Below, piece after piece: positions 16,734-25,575 of a stretch of 32,000 nucleotides of DNA (position 1 is the stretch's first letter; the number at the start of each line of letters is the position of its first letter). The stretch spans positions 4,710,001-4,742,000 of the forward strand of contig NZ_RSDW01000001.1 of assembly GCF_003945235.1 (NCBI RefSeq), in the 5' to 3' direction. This DNA is from Edaphobacter aggregans. Its GTDB lineage: Bacteria; Acidobacteriota; Terriglobia; Terriglobales; Acidobacteriaceae. The position numbers were made by a program, and so were the translations under genes. The notes under the pieces were generated by a model. It saw only the letters and a list, made by a program, of their open reading frames with translations, ran no database searches and was not told the origin of the DNA.

Positions 16734-18176
16734 TTATTTCCAACCACCGCCCAGCGCTTTATAGAGCTGGACTAGGCTCTGGTACTCGTTATTGCGCGCC
16801 TGTGCCAGGGTCAGTTCGGCATTGAAAAGAGACCGCTGACTGTCAAGGACATCGAGGTAGTTCGACGTGCCGCCTCGATAACGCATGAGTGACACGTTGA
16901 CGGACTCCTGGAGATCCTTCACGGATTGTTCCTGGCGTTCGCGTACAGCGTGATTCTTGTCATAACCAATCAATGCATCCGAGACATCTCCGAACGCGCG
17001 CTGAATGGTCTGCTCATAGCCAATCAGGGCCTGCCGTTCCTCGGACTTCGCATAACGTAGGTTATTGCGCAGGTAACCGCCCTCGAAAATTGGCTGCGAG
17101 GCTGCCGCCGCATAGGTACCGATTCCGGGCGGCGCCGGAATATGCGAGCCGGCGAACTGGCTATGACCAAAAGCAGCGCCGCCAGAACCGAGGAGCGAGA
17201 TTTGCGGAAAAAACATTGCTTTGGCAACGCCAATGTTGGCATTCGCGGCTACCAGGTTTTCCTCAGCTTGATGAATGTCGGGCCTGCGTTCGAGCAACTG
17301 CGAAGGAAGGCCTGTGGGCAGCTGAGGTGGCAAAGTCTCGTTCCACTTCCAGCCGTCCGGAGTTTCAATGGCAAGGACCTCACCGCGAGGGACGTTGTCC
17401 GGATACTTTCCCAGCAGAATGTTGATCGCGTTTTCCGTCTGGCCGATCTGCCGTTCGAGATCGGGGATCTGCGCGTTTGCCGCATCGAGTACTTGCCGGG
17501 CTTGTAGCACATCAAGCGTTGTTGCAACACCGTGCTGCAGACGCGACTCAGTAAGCTTCACCGAATCCTGCTGGGTGCGCACGGTCTCTTCGGCGATCTG
17601 AAGCTGGAGGTCCAGATCGCGGAGAAGAAAGTAATCGCTCGCGACGTCGCTCACCAGTGTCAGGACTACGGTCTGTTGTGCGTCCTGTGTACCCAACAGT
17701 TGGGCCCGTGCCGCTTCTGTTTCGCGCCGATAGCGGCCGAAGAGATCAACCTGGAAGACGGCGTCCCCGGCGAGCGAAAAGATGTTCGACTTGATGTTCT
17801 CGTCGGTCTTTCCGCCGCTGAAAGTTGGGTCGAGGGAAACTTGCGGAAACTGGTTCGACCGTGCGATGCCTACCTGGGCCCTCGCGGCAGTGACGCGCTC
17901 GACTGCGAGTTGTAGATCATAGTTCTGCTTCAACGCCGTGCGGATCAAGTCTTGCAGTTGAGGATCGTGGAATACCTCCCACCATGGCAGATCGGCAAAC
18001 GATGCGGTTTGTGATGCAGCCTGTTGCGATTGGTCCGGGCCGTGGAAGGCCGGAGGCGTCGGCACCGCCGGCCGATGATAGTTGGGGCCGACCGTACAGC
18101 CGGAGAGCATAGCGGCCGACAGGAGAAGGAACCGTGCGGATCTTGTGCCGAAACGGTCTTGAAATCTATTACGCAT
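16734..18176 (-). CDS. RND efflux outer membrane factor lipoprotein (NodT/OprM family)
   Basis: Lipobox [11 protein letters not shown] after [16 protein letters not shown], with tandem OEP-type repeats and a C-terminal [15 protein letters not shown]. The ATG overlaps the RND pump stop by 8 nt (ATGCGTAA). Confidence 0.9.
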   Translation of the reverse strand: MRNRFQDRFGTRSARFLLLSAAMLSGCTVGPNYHRPAVPTPPAFHGPDQSQQAASQTASFADLPWWEVFHDPQLQDLIRTALKQNYDLQLAVERVTAARAQVGIARSNQFPQVSLDPTFSGGKTDENIKSNIFSLAGDAVFQVDLFGRYRRETEAARAQLLGTQDAQQTVVLTLVSDVASDYFLLRDLDLQLQIAEETVRTQQDSVKLTESRLQHGVATTLDVLQARQVLDAANAQIPDLERQIGQTENAINILLGKYPDNVPRGEVLAIETPDGWKWNETLPPQLPTGLPSQLLERRPDIHQAEENLVAANANIGVAKAMFFPQISLLGSGGAAFGHSQFAGSHIPAPPGIGTYAAAASQPIFEGGYLRNNLRYAKSEERQALIGYEQTIQRAFGDVSDALIGYDKNHAVRERQEQSVKDLQESVNVSLMRYRGGTSNYLDVLDSQRSLFNAELTLAQARNNEYQSLVQLYKALGGGWK

Positions 18177-21100
18177 CTTGTTTGTCCTCCGCGATTTCAC
18201 CGTGCTGGGGTGCGGGTGCCGTGAAACGAGCCCGGGCCGCTGTGGACCATCGCTCCACGAGGTAGAAGATTGCGGGGACCGTGAAGATGCCGAGTACACT
18301 TGCGGCGGTCATTCCGCCGATCACGGTGGTCCCCATAATCTGACGTGCGACCGAGCCGGCGCCGGAGGCAGTCCACAGCGGCACACAGCCGAGAATGAAC
18401 GCGAACGAGGTCATCATGATGGGTCGCAGGCGAAGACGCGCACCTTCGAGCGCCGCATCGATGAGCGGCTTGCCTTGTTCGTACTGCTCTTTGGCAAACT
18501 CGACGATCAGAATCGCGTTCTTGGCGGCCAGGCCGATCAGCATCACCAGACCGATCTGCGCATAGACATCGTTCTCCATCTGGACCATGTACGGCGGCAG
18601 AAAGAGGCCCAGTACAACGCGGCGCAGCCATAACACTCCGAACGCACCGAAAACCGCGACCGGTGTGCTTAGCAGTACGCTAAACGGCAGACTCCAACTT
18701 TCGTAGAGCGCCGCAAGAATCAGGAAGACGAAGAGCAATGAGAATCCGAAGATGACCGACGACGGAACTCCCTCTTCTGCCTTTTGCTCCTGGTAAGACA
18801 TGCCCAAGTAGTCAAAACCCATTTCATGAGGCATGGTTTGCTTGAAGACTTCTTCGAGAGCCGCCCTTGCTTGATCGGAGCTGTAACCAGGGGCGGCGCT
18901 GGCGTTGATCTGCGCGGAGCGGTACTCGTTGTAGCGCATTGTGAATTCAGGGCCAGAGCGTGTCGCAAAGGATGCGAGAGCGGATAGCGGCACGGTTTCG
19001 CCCTGGTTGTTGCGCACGTAGAACTGTCCGAGGTTATCGGTGTTCGACCGGTAGGGAGCTTCAGACTCGATGTAGACCTGCCAGGTGCGGCCGAATTCGT
19101 TGTAGTAGTTGATGAACAGGCCGCCCATGTTGGCTTGAATTGTGTTGTAAACGTCGGTCAAAGCGACGCCTTGTTTCAGCACCTTCTCCTTGTCGACCTG
19201 GACGAACTCTTGCGGCACGCTCGGTATGAAGGTGGAGAAGATGGAGCCGATCTCAGGGCGCTTGCGAGCGGCCGTCAGGAATTTGTTGAGGTTGTCCGCA
19301 AGATATGGGACGTCCCTACCGGCGCGGTCTTCGAGGACGAACGAGACACCTCCCGAAGTGCCTACGCCCGGAATCGCCGGTGGCGAGAAGCTGAAGACCG
19401 TTCCTGCGGGCAGATTCGCGAGTTCCTTGTTCAAACGTGCCTTGATGGCCTGATACTGATCTGCCCGGTTCTTTCGCTCGTCCCAAGGTTTCAGGCTGAC
19501 CCAGAAGAAGCCGTTGTAGCTGGTGCGGACATAGCTGAGCAGGCTGAAGCCAACCACGCTGGTGGTGTACTGTACGCCCGGTGTGTCGGCGAGAATCTTC
19601 TCCACTTGTCTCGCCGCCGCGCTGGTGCGTTCCAGCGAAGCCGCATTGGGAAGCTGCATGTTGATGTAGAGGTATCCCTGATCCTCATCGGGCAGGAAGC
19701 TGGACGGTAGACGGCTGCCAAAGAAGAGTCCGGCCGCGCCGCAGGCTACCAGCAGCACCAGCACCATTGCCCCCCTGCGAAGAAGCACGCCGGACCAGTG
19801 GACGTAGCCTCCGGTGGCGCGTTCGAACAGGCGATTGAACCAGTTGAAGAAACGCTGCAAAGGCCCATGGCGCTCTCTCTTTTTGCGCAGTAGGAGCCCC
19901 GAAAGTGCGGGACTGAGTGTGAGCGCATTGAAGGCGGAAAGCACTACCGAGATGGCGATGGTGACTGCAAATTGTTGATACAACCTTCCCGTGATGCCAG
20001 GGATGAAAGCGGTCGGTACGAAGACCGCCGATAGAACCAATGCGATTCCAATAACCGGTCCGGTCAACTCGTCCATCGCTTTTCGAGCGGCGTCTTTGGG
20101 ATTCAAGCCCTCCTCGATGTGGCGCTGCACGCCTTCGACAACGACGATCGCGTCGTCTACCACCAGGCCGATGGCCAGTACCAGCCCGAACATTGAGAGG
20201 GTGTTGATGGAAAAGCCGAAGAGTGGGAATAGGATGAAGGTTCCAACCAGGGACACAGGCACGGCCAGTAATGGAATCAACGTGGCGCGCCAGTCCTGCA
20301 GGAAGAGATAGACCACCAGGATCACCAGCACAATTGCAATCAAGAGAGTCACGAGGATCTCTTTCATGCCTTCCGTAACGGGGGCTGTCTGATCGAGAGA
20401 TATGGCATAATCAACGTCCTCCGGGAGGCGCTGCTTCATCTGGGCCAGGAGCTTTCGGACCCCCTGCACAGTTTGAACAGCATTGGTCCCGGGCAACTGA
20501 TAGACGGCGATAGCCGCAGCGGGCTTGCCATTCAGACGACTGATCAGGCTGTAGTCCTGCGTACCCAACTCGACGCGGGCCACATCTTTTACGCGGACGA
20601 TGCCACCATTGGGGGCTTCGCGGATAACGACGTTGCCAAACTCTTCGGACGATTTCAGACGTCCCTGCGCCAGCACGCCATAGGTAAACTGCTGGTCCGC
20701 GGGAGCCGGTTCACCTCCGACCTGACCTGCGGGGTTGACTGTGTTTTGCGCCTGGATGGCGTTCGAGATGTCTGTAACGGTGATGCCGAGCTTCGCCAAC
20801 TGGTCGGGCTTCACCCACAGTCTCATGGCATACTGGCCCGAACCGAAGACCTGGGTCTGGCCCACGCCGTACAAGCGCGCGACAGGATCGTTGAGGTTTA
20901 TGTAGGCATAGTTCGCCAGATAGGTTGCGTCGTGCGTACCACGCGGCGAATACAGGGCGATAAGCATGAGCGGAGCGGTGGTGGACTTCTTGAGAGTGAC
21001 TCCGTAGCTGTTGACCGAAGGCGGGAGCTGACCGGTTGCCAATTGTTCGCGCGATTGCGTAAGCAGCAGGTCAGTGTTGGGGTCGGTTTTGAGATCGAAA

Positions 21101-21381
21101 TCGACCAGCAACGATGTTTGCTGGTTGGCCGTGGCATTTAGGGAGTACATGTAGGTCATGTCGTCCACGCCGTTCACTTGCTGCTCGATGGGCGTGGCGA
21201 CTGCGTCTTCGAGTGTCTTGGCATCGGCGCCCGGGTAGTTGGCTTGCAACCTGATCTCGGGCGGTGCGATGTTGGGAAACTGTGCTATCGGCAGGGTCGC
21301 GATGGTAACTGCGCCGACGATGACCATAAGGATCGCGATGACCATCGCCACAATGGGGCGATTTATGAAAAACTTTGACAT
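18169..21381 (-). CDS. RND multidrug efflux permease (AcrB/MexB-like, HAE1 family)
   Basis: 1070-aa ORF beginning [43 protein letters not shown], with 12-TM/two-large-loop architecture typical of AcrB. Confidence 0.95.
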   Translation of the reverse strand: MSKFFINRPIVAMVIAILMVIVGAVTIATLPIAQFPNIAPPEIRLQANYPGADAKTLEDAVATPIEQQVNGVDDMTYMYSLNATANQQTSLLVDFDLKTDPNTDLLLTQSREQLATGQLPPSVNSYGVTLKKSTTAPLMLIALYSPRGTHDATYLANYAYINLNDPVARLYGVGQTQVFGSGQYAMRLWVKPDQLAKLGITVTDISNAIQAQNTVNPAGQVGGEPAPADQQFTYGVLAQGRLKSSEEFGNVVIREAPNGGIVRVKDVARVELGTQDYSLISRLNGKPAAAIAVYQLPGTNAVQTVQGVRKLLAQMKQRLPEDVDYAISLDQTAPVTEGMKEILVTLLIAIVLVILVVYLFLQDWRATLIPLLAVPVSLVGTFILFPLFGFSINTLSMFGLVLAIGLVVDDAIVVVEGVQRHIEEGLNPKDAARKAMDELTGPVIGIALVLSAVFVPTAFIPGITGRLYQQFAVTIAISVVLSAFNALTLSPALSGLLLRKKRERHGPLQRFFNWFNRLFERATGGYVHWSGVLLRRGAMVLVLLVACGAAGLFFGSRLPSSFLPDEDQGYLYINMQLPNAASLERTSAAARQVEKILADTPGVQYTTSVVGFSLLSYVRTSYNGFFWVSLKPWDERKNRADQYQAIKARLNKELANLPAGTVFSFSPPAIPGVGTSGGVSFVLEDRAGRDVPYLADNLNKFLTAARKRPEIGSIFSTFIPSVPQEFVQVDKEKVLKQGVALTDVYNTIQANMGGLFINYYNEFGRTWQVYIESEAPYRSNTDNLGQFYVRNNQGETVPLSALASFATRSGPEFTMRYNEYRSAQINASAAPGYSSDQARAALEEVFKQTMPHEMGFDYLGMSYQEQKAEEGVPSSVIFGFSLLFVFLILAALYESWSLPFSVLLSTPVAVFGAFGVLWLRRVVLGLFLPPYMVQMENDVYAQIGLVMLIGLAAKNAILIVEFAKEQYEQGKPLIDAALEGARLRLRPIMMTSFAFILGCVPLWTASGAGSVARQIMGTTVIGGMTAASVLGIFTVPAIFYLVERWSTAARARFTAPAPQHGEIAEDKQDA

Positions 21382-21424
21382 GGCTTTTGATTCCTTTGCG
21401 CTTTTGGCAATGGGGATTCAGCGC

Positions 21425-22657
21425 TTACTCGACGTTGTTCTTGAATGGCTTGGTTTGTACCGTCATTCCCGGCCGGACATTTTGTTGGCCTTCGACAATC
21501 ACACGGTCGCCCGGCTTCAATCCACCATCGATGACCCACATTGTGTCTGTGCGTTGTCCCACTTGCACGGGACGCATGCTGACGCGGTTGTCCTTATCGA
21601 CAACAGCAACGAGATTGCTGCCCTGCTGTTCGTTGACGGCCGCTTGTGGAATTAGCAGGGCATTCTGCTGCACGCGGACGATGGCGCGAACCTTGCCGTA
21701 CTGCCCGGGGCGCAAAACATTGCCAGGGTTTGGAAACAGGGCGGCGAGCTGGATGGCACCGGTGTTCGGGTTCACCTGGCGATCGGCGAAATAAAATTGG
21801 CCCTCTTGTGGATACGTTGTTCCATCGGCGAGGATGAGCTGCAGCTTCCAATGATCTTTCTCTGAATCTGAAAACCTCTTTTGCAACGCCAGATATTGCT
21901 GTTCGCTGACGGTGAAGTAATCTCTGATGGGATCGAGCGTGGAGACTGTAGTCAGCGGGCTGCTGCTGGAGCTGACCAGGTCGCCGACCTGTGCCTGGGC
22001 GATGCCGGCAATGCCGTCGATTGGCGCGACGATGCGCGTGAAACTGAGATTGATTGAGGCGGTTTCAACCGTGGCCTCGCTGGCTTTGATTTGAGCTTTC
22101 GCTGCCGCAATGCCCGCCTCGGCTGCCTTTACCTGGGCCTTATTTGCAAAATCCGTCTGCGTCGCATTATCGAAATCCTGCTTGCTGACGGCGTCGACTT
22201 TTGCCAGAGGCTCGTATTTCTCCACATTGAGCTGGCTCTTGAGCCGGTTAGCTTCAGATGTCGAAAGCTGAGCCTCGTCCTGAGCCAGCTGCGCCTGAGC
22301 CTGAGCGAACTGGCCCCGTGCCTGATCGAGCGCCGCCTGGAATGGGCGAGGATCGATCTCAAACAGAATTTGTCCCTTGCGGACGAACGATCCTTCCTTA
22401 TAGTTGCGCGTAAGCAGGTAACCCGTGACTTGCGCTTTCACATCGGCATTTACCTGCCCTGTGAGGGTTCCGATCCATTCTCCATTGATTGGAACATCTC
22501 TCTGCTCTACCAGAGCGACCTCAACCAGGGGCGACGATGGCGTCTGCGTGGAAGGCTTCGCCGCGGAACGAGAGACTGCGACGCCCAGAATGGCCGCGAG
22601 CAGAACACCTGATACCCATGCCACTTGCTTTGGTTTCAGAACGGACTTGATCTTCAT
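21425..22657 (-). CDS. RND efflux periplasmic adaptor (membrane fusion protein, AcrA/MexA-like)
   Basis: N-terminal anchor, a coiled-coil segment (QAALDQARGQFAQAQAQLAQDEAQL...) and beta-barrel motifs (TRIVAPIDGIAG). AGGAGA lies upstream of the ATG. Confidence 0.9.
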   Translation of the reverse strand: MKIKSVLKPKQVAWVSGVLLAAILGVAVSRSAAKPSTQTPSSPLVEVALVEQRDVPINGEWIGTLTGQVNADVKAQVTGYLLTRNYKEGSFVRKGQILFEIDPRPFQAALDQARGQFAQAQAQLAQDEAQLSTSEANRLKSQLNVEKYEPLAKVDAVSKQDFDNATQTDFANKAQVKAAEAGIAAAKAQIKASEATVETASINLSFTRIVAPIDGIAGIAQAQVGDLVSSSSSPLTTVSTLDPIRDYFTVSEQQYLALQKRFSDSEKDHWKLQLILADGTTYPQEGQFYFADRQVNPNTGAIQLAALFPNPGNVLRPGQYGKVRAIVRVQQNALLIPQAAVNEQQGSNLVAVVDKDNRVSMRPVQVGQRTDTMWVIDGGLKPGDRVIVEGQQNVRPGMTVQTKPFKNNVE

Positions 22658-23004
22658 TTGCTGCTCTCCTGTTGCCGGGATGTTGACCTGCGGGGAAGCT
22701 TTTTACTTGACGACTGCACCATGGCGCCTTCGCAAGAAGGCTGAGAAGTGAGATCCCCGATGAGGGTAGTCAGCCACACGCCTTCAACGATGAGACAGGC
22801 CCCCGCCAGATGAATGGCCGCGAGAAGATCGTGTCCGGCCTTATCGATCCCCGTCAGCTGTCTCAAATCGACTTCGATCTTTCGGTCTGGGCCCAGCGAA
22901 AAGCGCCAGGCGTTTTCTGTTTCGGCCACCCACGGGCCCTCCAGCCTGCCCGCGAGTTCCAGCCTGCATACCTTGCCGTCGTCGTAAATCGTGATGCGTA
23001 ACAT
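22654..23004 (-). CDS. small STAS-like (anti-sigma-antagonist fold) protein, first gene of the RND operon
   Basis: MLRITIYDDGKVCRLELAGRLEGPWVAETENAWRFSL...IEVDLRQLTGIDKAGHDLLAAIHLAGACLIVEG resembles SpoIIAA/STAS, but IDKAG replaces the phosphorylatable D-S-S-G. The stop overlaps the adaptor ATG (ATGA). I chose the start at the ATG at 23004; the track's 183-aa version begins at 23205. Confidence 0.6.
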   Translation of the reverse strand: MLRITIYDDGKVCRLELAGRLEGPWVAETENAWRFSLGPDRKIEVDLRQLTGIDKAGHDLLAAIHLAGACLIVEGVWLTTLIGDLTSQPSCEGAMVQSSSKKLPRRSTSRQQESSK

Positions 23005-23023
23005 ATCGTCGCCACTCTGTATG

Positions 23024-23038
23024 GCAGGGGGCGTGCCA
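23024..23038 (-). promoter_or_regulatory. candidate sigma-54 (-24/-12) promoter TGGCACG-N4-CTGC
   Basis: The minus strand reads TTTGGCACGCCCCCTGCCAT, with GG and GC separated by exactly 10 nt as in the consensus TGGCACG-N4-TTGC. It lies about 20 nt upstream of the STAS-like ATG, and a sigma-54 activator is encoded divergently. Confidence 0.55.
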
Positions 23039-23113
23039 AATCGCCGCAATTCGTAAACGTCAGCAGCGCCAGAGATTACGCGGTAGGGCCGAGATGCCGG
23101 GTGCCAGCGCTGT

Positions 23114-23158
23114 GGTAGCATGCTGCCGGAAAACTGGCAGATGCCACGGAGCGATCGC
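23114..23158. promoter_or_regulatory. cluster of palindromes; candidate activator binding sites (UAS)
   Basis: GGTAGCATGCTGCC (14-bp palindrome with one mismatched pair, 23114-23127), TGGCA-GA-TGCCA (23135-23146) and GCGATCGC (23151-23158). They lie about 90-130 bp upstream of the putative -24/-12 element. Confidence 0.35.
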
Positions 23159-23218
23159 CCGACACACTTGGGTGAATCGCTTTGACACCGATCGCAATCT
23201 AACAACGGGTAGCCACGT

Positions 23219-25297
23219 ATGCCTGTATCGAGTCACTCGCAACCGGTCACTCTCAGCGAAAGCCTTGTTTCGCGATACGAGGCGCTCGCCCGCATCGCGG
23301 AATTGATCCGGTCTCATCCGGAGGAAAAAGTCTTATTCCAGACCTGCGCGAGCGAACTGCATCAAGTGGTTGCATTCGATGGTCTAAGTTTGTTCGATCC
23401 GGCAGTCCATTGGGTCCAGTGGGATTTCCTCGAGCCTTATGACAATGCACTTGAGGCTCTCGCGGTCCGAGATATTCCGAAAGAGGAAACGGTCGCATGG
23501 TGGGTGTACCAGAATCAGCGGCCAGTAGTTATTCCGTCCATCGACCGCGAAACAAGTTTTCCCCTTGTGGTCGAGCGGCTTTCCAACTTAGGGCTTCGTT
23601 CGCTGTACGCCGTTCCCCTGAGCACGGCACACCGAAAGCTCGGAAGTCTGGTTTTTGCCAGCCACTCTGAAGACGCATACTCCAACGAGGATCAACAATT
23701 CTTGTCTTTGGTTGCTAATCAGATCGCCGTGGCAATGGACGATGCTCGTGCGCAGGCTCGTTTGAGGCTGCTCCTGGACATCACCAATCGCATTGTCACC
23801 AAGCTGGAGTTGCGCGACCTGCTTCGCGAAAGTGTCGCGAGTATAAGGCACTTCATGCAATGCGACAGCGTCGGCGTGGCTCTGCCCGATCCGGAAGATG
23901 GCGAATTACGGCGTTATGCTGTGGATTATGTCGGGTCCGAGGAGATGTCTGTCGGCTCCGCATCCGAGCGGACCAAGACCGTGTTCCGGACGGGCAACCC
24001 ACTGATCGCGACCAAGGACGAAGTCGCTGCTGATCCCCAGGGCGCGATGCCGAACTTGTCGCTCTGCCTTTATCCGCTGATCATCCGGGAACGCGTGCTC
24101 GGCGTGCTCGGTCTTGGCAGTTCGCGAGAGAATGCCTTCACCGAGGATGATCTTTCCTTCCTCGGTCAGGTGGCCAATCAAATCGCTCTCGCCGTTGAAA
24201 ATGCTCTCGCGTATGGGCAGGTTTCCGAACTCAAAGATAAGCTCGCGCAGGAAAATGTCTATCTCGAATCCGAGATCCGCAGTGAGCTTCATTTTGAGGA
24301 TATCGTCGGAAACAGCGAGCAGCTGCGCCGGGTTCTGAAAGATATTGAGACGGTAGCGCCCGCAGATTCCACTGTGCTCATTTATGGAGAGACGGGCACC
24401 GGGAAAGAGTTGATCGCTCGGGCGCTGCACGAGCTTAGCTCTCGGAAGCCGAACGCCTTTGTGAAGCTGAATTGTGCGGCGATTCCGACGGGGTTGCTCG
24501 AGAGCGAGCTGTTCGGCCACGAGAAAGGTGCATTCACTGGCGCCATCATGCAGCGCGTGGGGCGCTTTGAACTGGCGAATCGCGGAACCATTTTCCTGGA
24601 TGAGGTTGGCGAAATCCCGCTCGAACTGCAGCCAAAGCTCCTACGTGTTCTGCAGGAGCGGGAGTTCGAACGCCTGGGCAGCACGCGCACCATTCGCACT
24701 GACGCCCGGTTGATCGCCGCGACGAATCGCGATCTTAAGACCATGGTAGAGGAACAGAGATTCCGATCTGATTTGTATTATCGACTGAATGTCTTCCCCA
24801 TCCGCGTGCCATCGTTGCGGGAACGAAAAGAAGACATTCCTCTGCTTGTCCGCCACTTCGTCAAGGAATTCAGCCGCCGGAACCATCGGGTGATCGACAC
24901 CATTCCATCTGAAACCATGCAGGCGTTGATCCGCTATCAATGGCCAGGCAATATTAGAGAGCTTCAAAATGTGATCGAGCGGGCAGTGATTATCTCTGGG
25001 GGACCCGTTTTGAATGTGGCCGTCGCCGAACTCACCCCGGATGTGAGTTCTCCTCCAGTTCCTATTGTCACCAGCACCAAACCCGCCTCCCATGAGAGCC
25101 TTCAGGAGACGCTGGAAGAGACGGAGCGGAATCAGATTCTGCGTGCCCTGGAAGACGCGAATGGGGTAGTCGCGGGGCCGAAGGGAGCCGCAGCCCGTCT
25201 TGGAGTCAAGCGATCGACGCTCCAACTCAGGATGCAGAGGCTTGGAATCCGGCTGTCGCGAACTGCCGTTGATGACCGCAAGCAAACAGCGCAATGA
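23219..25297 (+). CDS. sigma-54-dependent transcriptional activator (bEBP), GAF-GAF-AAA+-Fis HTH architecture (FhlA-like)
   Basis: Walker A GETGTGKE, the sigma-54 contact motif GAFTGA (HEKGAFTGA), FRSDLYYRLNVFPI, WPGNIRELQNVIERA and a C-terminal HTH (AAARLGVKRSTLQLRMQRLGI). About 340 N-terminal aa form two GAF-like repeats. Confidence 0.93.
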   Translation: MPVSSHSQPVTLSESLVSRYEALARIAELIRSHPEEKVLFQTCASELHQVVAFDGLSLFDPAVHWVQWDFLEPYDNALEALAVRDIPKEETVAWWVYQNQRPVVIPSIDRETSFPLVVERLSNLGLRSLYAVPLSTAHRKLGSLVFASHSEDAYSNEDQQFLSLVANQIAVAMDDARAQARLRLLLDITNRIVTKLELRDLLRESVASIRHFMQCDSVGVALPDPEDGELRRYAVDYVGSEEMSVGSASERTKTVFRTGNPLIATKDEVAADPQGAMPNLSLCLYPLIIRERVLGVLGLGSSRENAFTEDDLSFLGQVANQIALAVENALAYGQVSELKDKLAQENVYLESEIRSELHFEDIVGNSEQLRRVLKDIETVAPADSTVLIYGETGTGKELIARALHELSSRKPNAFVKLNCAAIPTGLLESELFGHEKGAFTGAIMQRVGRFELANRGTIFLDEVGEIPLELQPKLLRVLQEREFERLGSTRTIRTDARLIAATNRDLKTMVEEQRFRSDLYYRLNVFPIRVPSLRERKEDIPLLVRHFVKEFSRRNHRVIDTIPSETMQALIRYQWPGNIRELQNVIERAVIISGGPVLNVAVAELTPDVSSPPVPIVTSTKPASHESLQETLEETERNQILRALEDANGVVAGPKGAAARLGVKRSTLQLRMQRLGIRLSRTAVDDRKQTAQ

Positions 25298-25529
25298 GCA
25301 GATCACGTGGAGCTTCAGATGTCAGTCCCAAAAGGCCTAGAGATGGCTGATCTGCGTCTCCGAGCTGTTCAGATCGATCATGTCTTCGGCAAGTGGCCGT
25401 ATAACCGGCTATCCGGAAAGGTGCTCGTAACATTAGTCGCTGCTGCCATGTGCCCGGTAAGCCGACTATTTGTCCACGTGGAAAGTCCCCCACTAGAAAT
25501 CAGTGAACACTAGCGTGTTATGAGAGAGT

Positions 25530-25546
25530 CGGACTAAATCAGCCTC
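25530..25546. terminator. short hairpin between convergent genes (weak bidirectional terminator candidate)
   Basis: CAGCCTC-tta-GAGGCTG, a 7-bp stem. On the minus strand it is followed by ATTTAG, so there is no strong U-tract. Confidence 0.3.
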
Positions 25547-25575
25547 TTAGAGGCTGTTAGGGACTTTGTACCTAG

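Noticed and set aside
18178-21141. Several plus-strand ORFs of 100-220 aa (for example 19135-19710 and 20473-21141).
   Set aside because: All are antisense to the 1070-aa RND permease gene and are shadow ORFs of GC-rich coding sequence.
23095-23112. A second TGGCAC on the minus strand (GCTGGCACCCGGCATC) in the bEBP/RND intergenic region.
   Set aside because: There is no GC dinucleotide at the required 10-nt spacing. The element at 23024-23038 fits far better.
22654-23205. The full 183-aa version of the STAS-like ORF, starting at 23205 or at the internal ATG at 23121.
   Set aside because: The N-terminal 67 residues are Cys/Arg/Pro-rich and unlike the family. They would also place the sigma-54 motif and the palindromes inside coding sequence. 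The ATG at 23004 (MLRITIYDDG) begins the recognisable fold. This choice remains uncertain.
23906-25306. Two long minus-strand ORFs (23906-24520 and 24641-25306).
   Set aside because: Both are antisense to the sigma-54 activator gene, which carries unambiguous Walker A, GAFTGA and HTH motifs.
25304-25482. The 8-mer CACGTGGA occurs twice (25304-25311 and 25475-25482) in the bEBP/MFS convergent intergenic region, along with a 68-aa ORF at 25307-25513.
   Set aside because: Two copies of an 8-mer cannot be distinguished from chance here. The ORF has no RBS or recognisable motifs.
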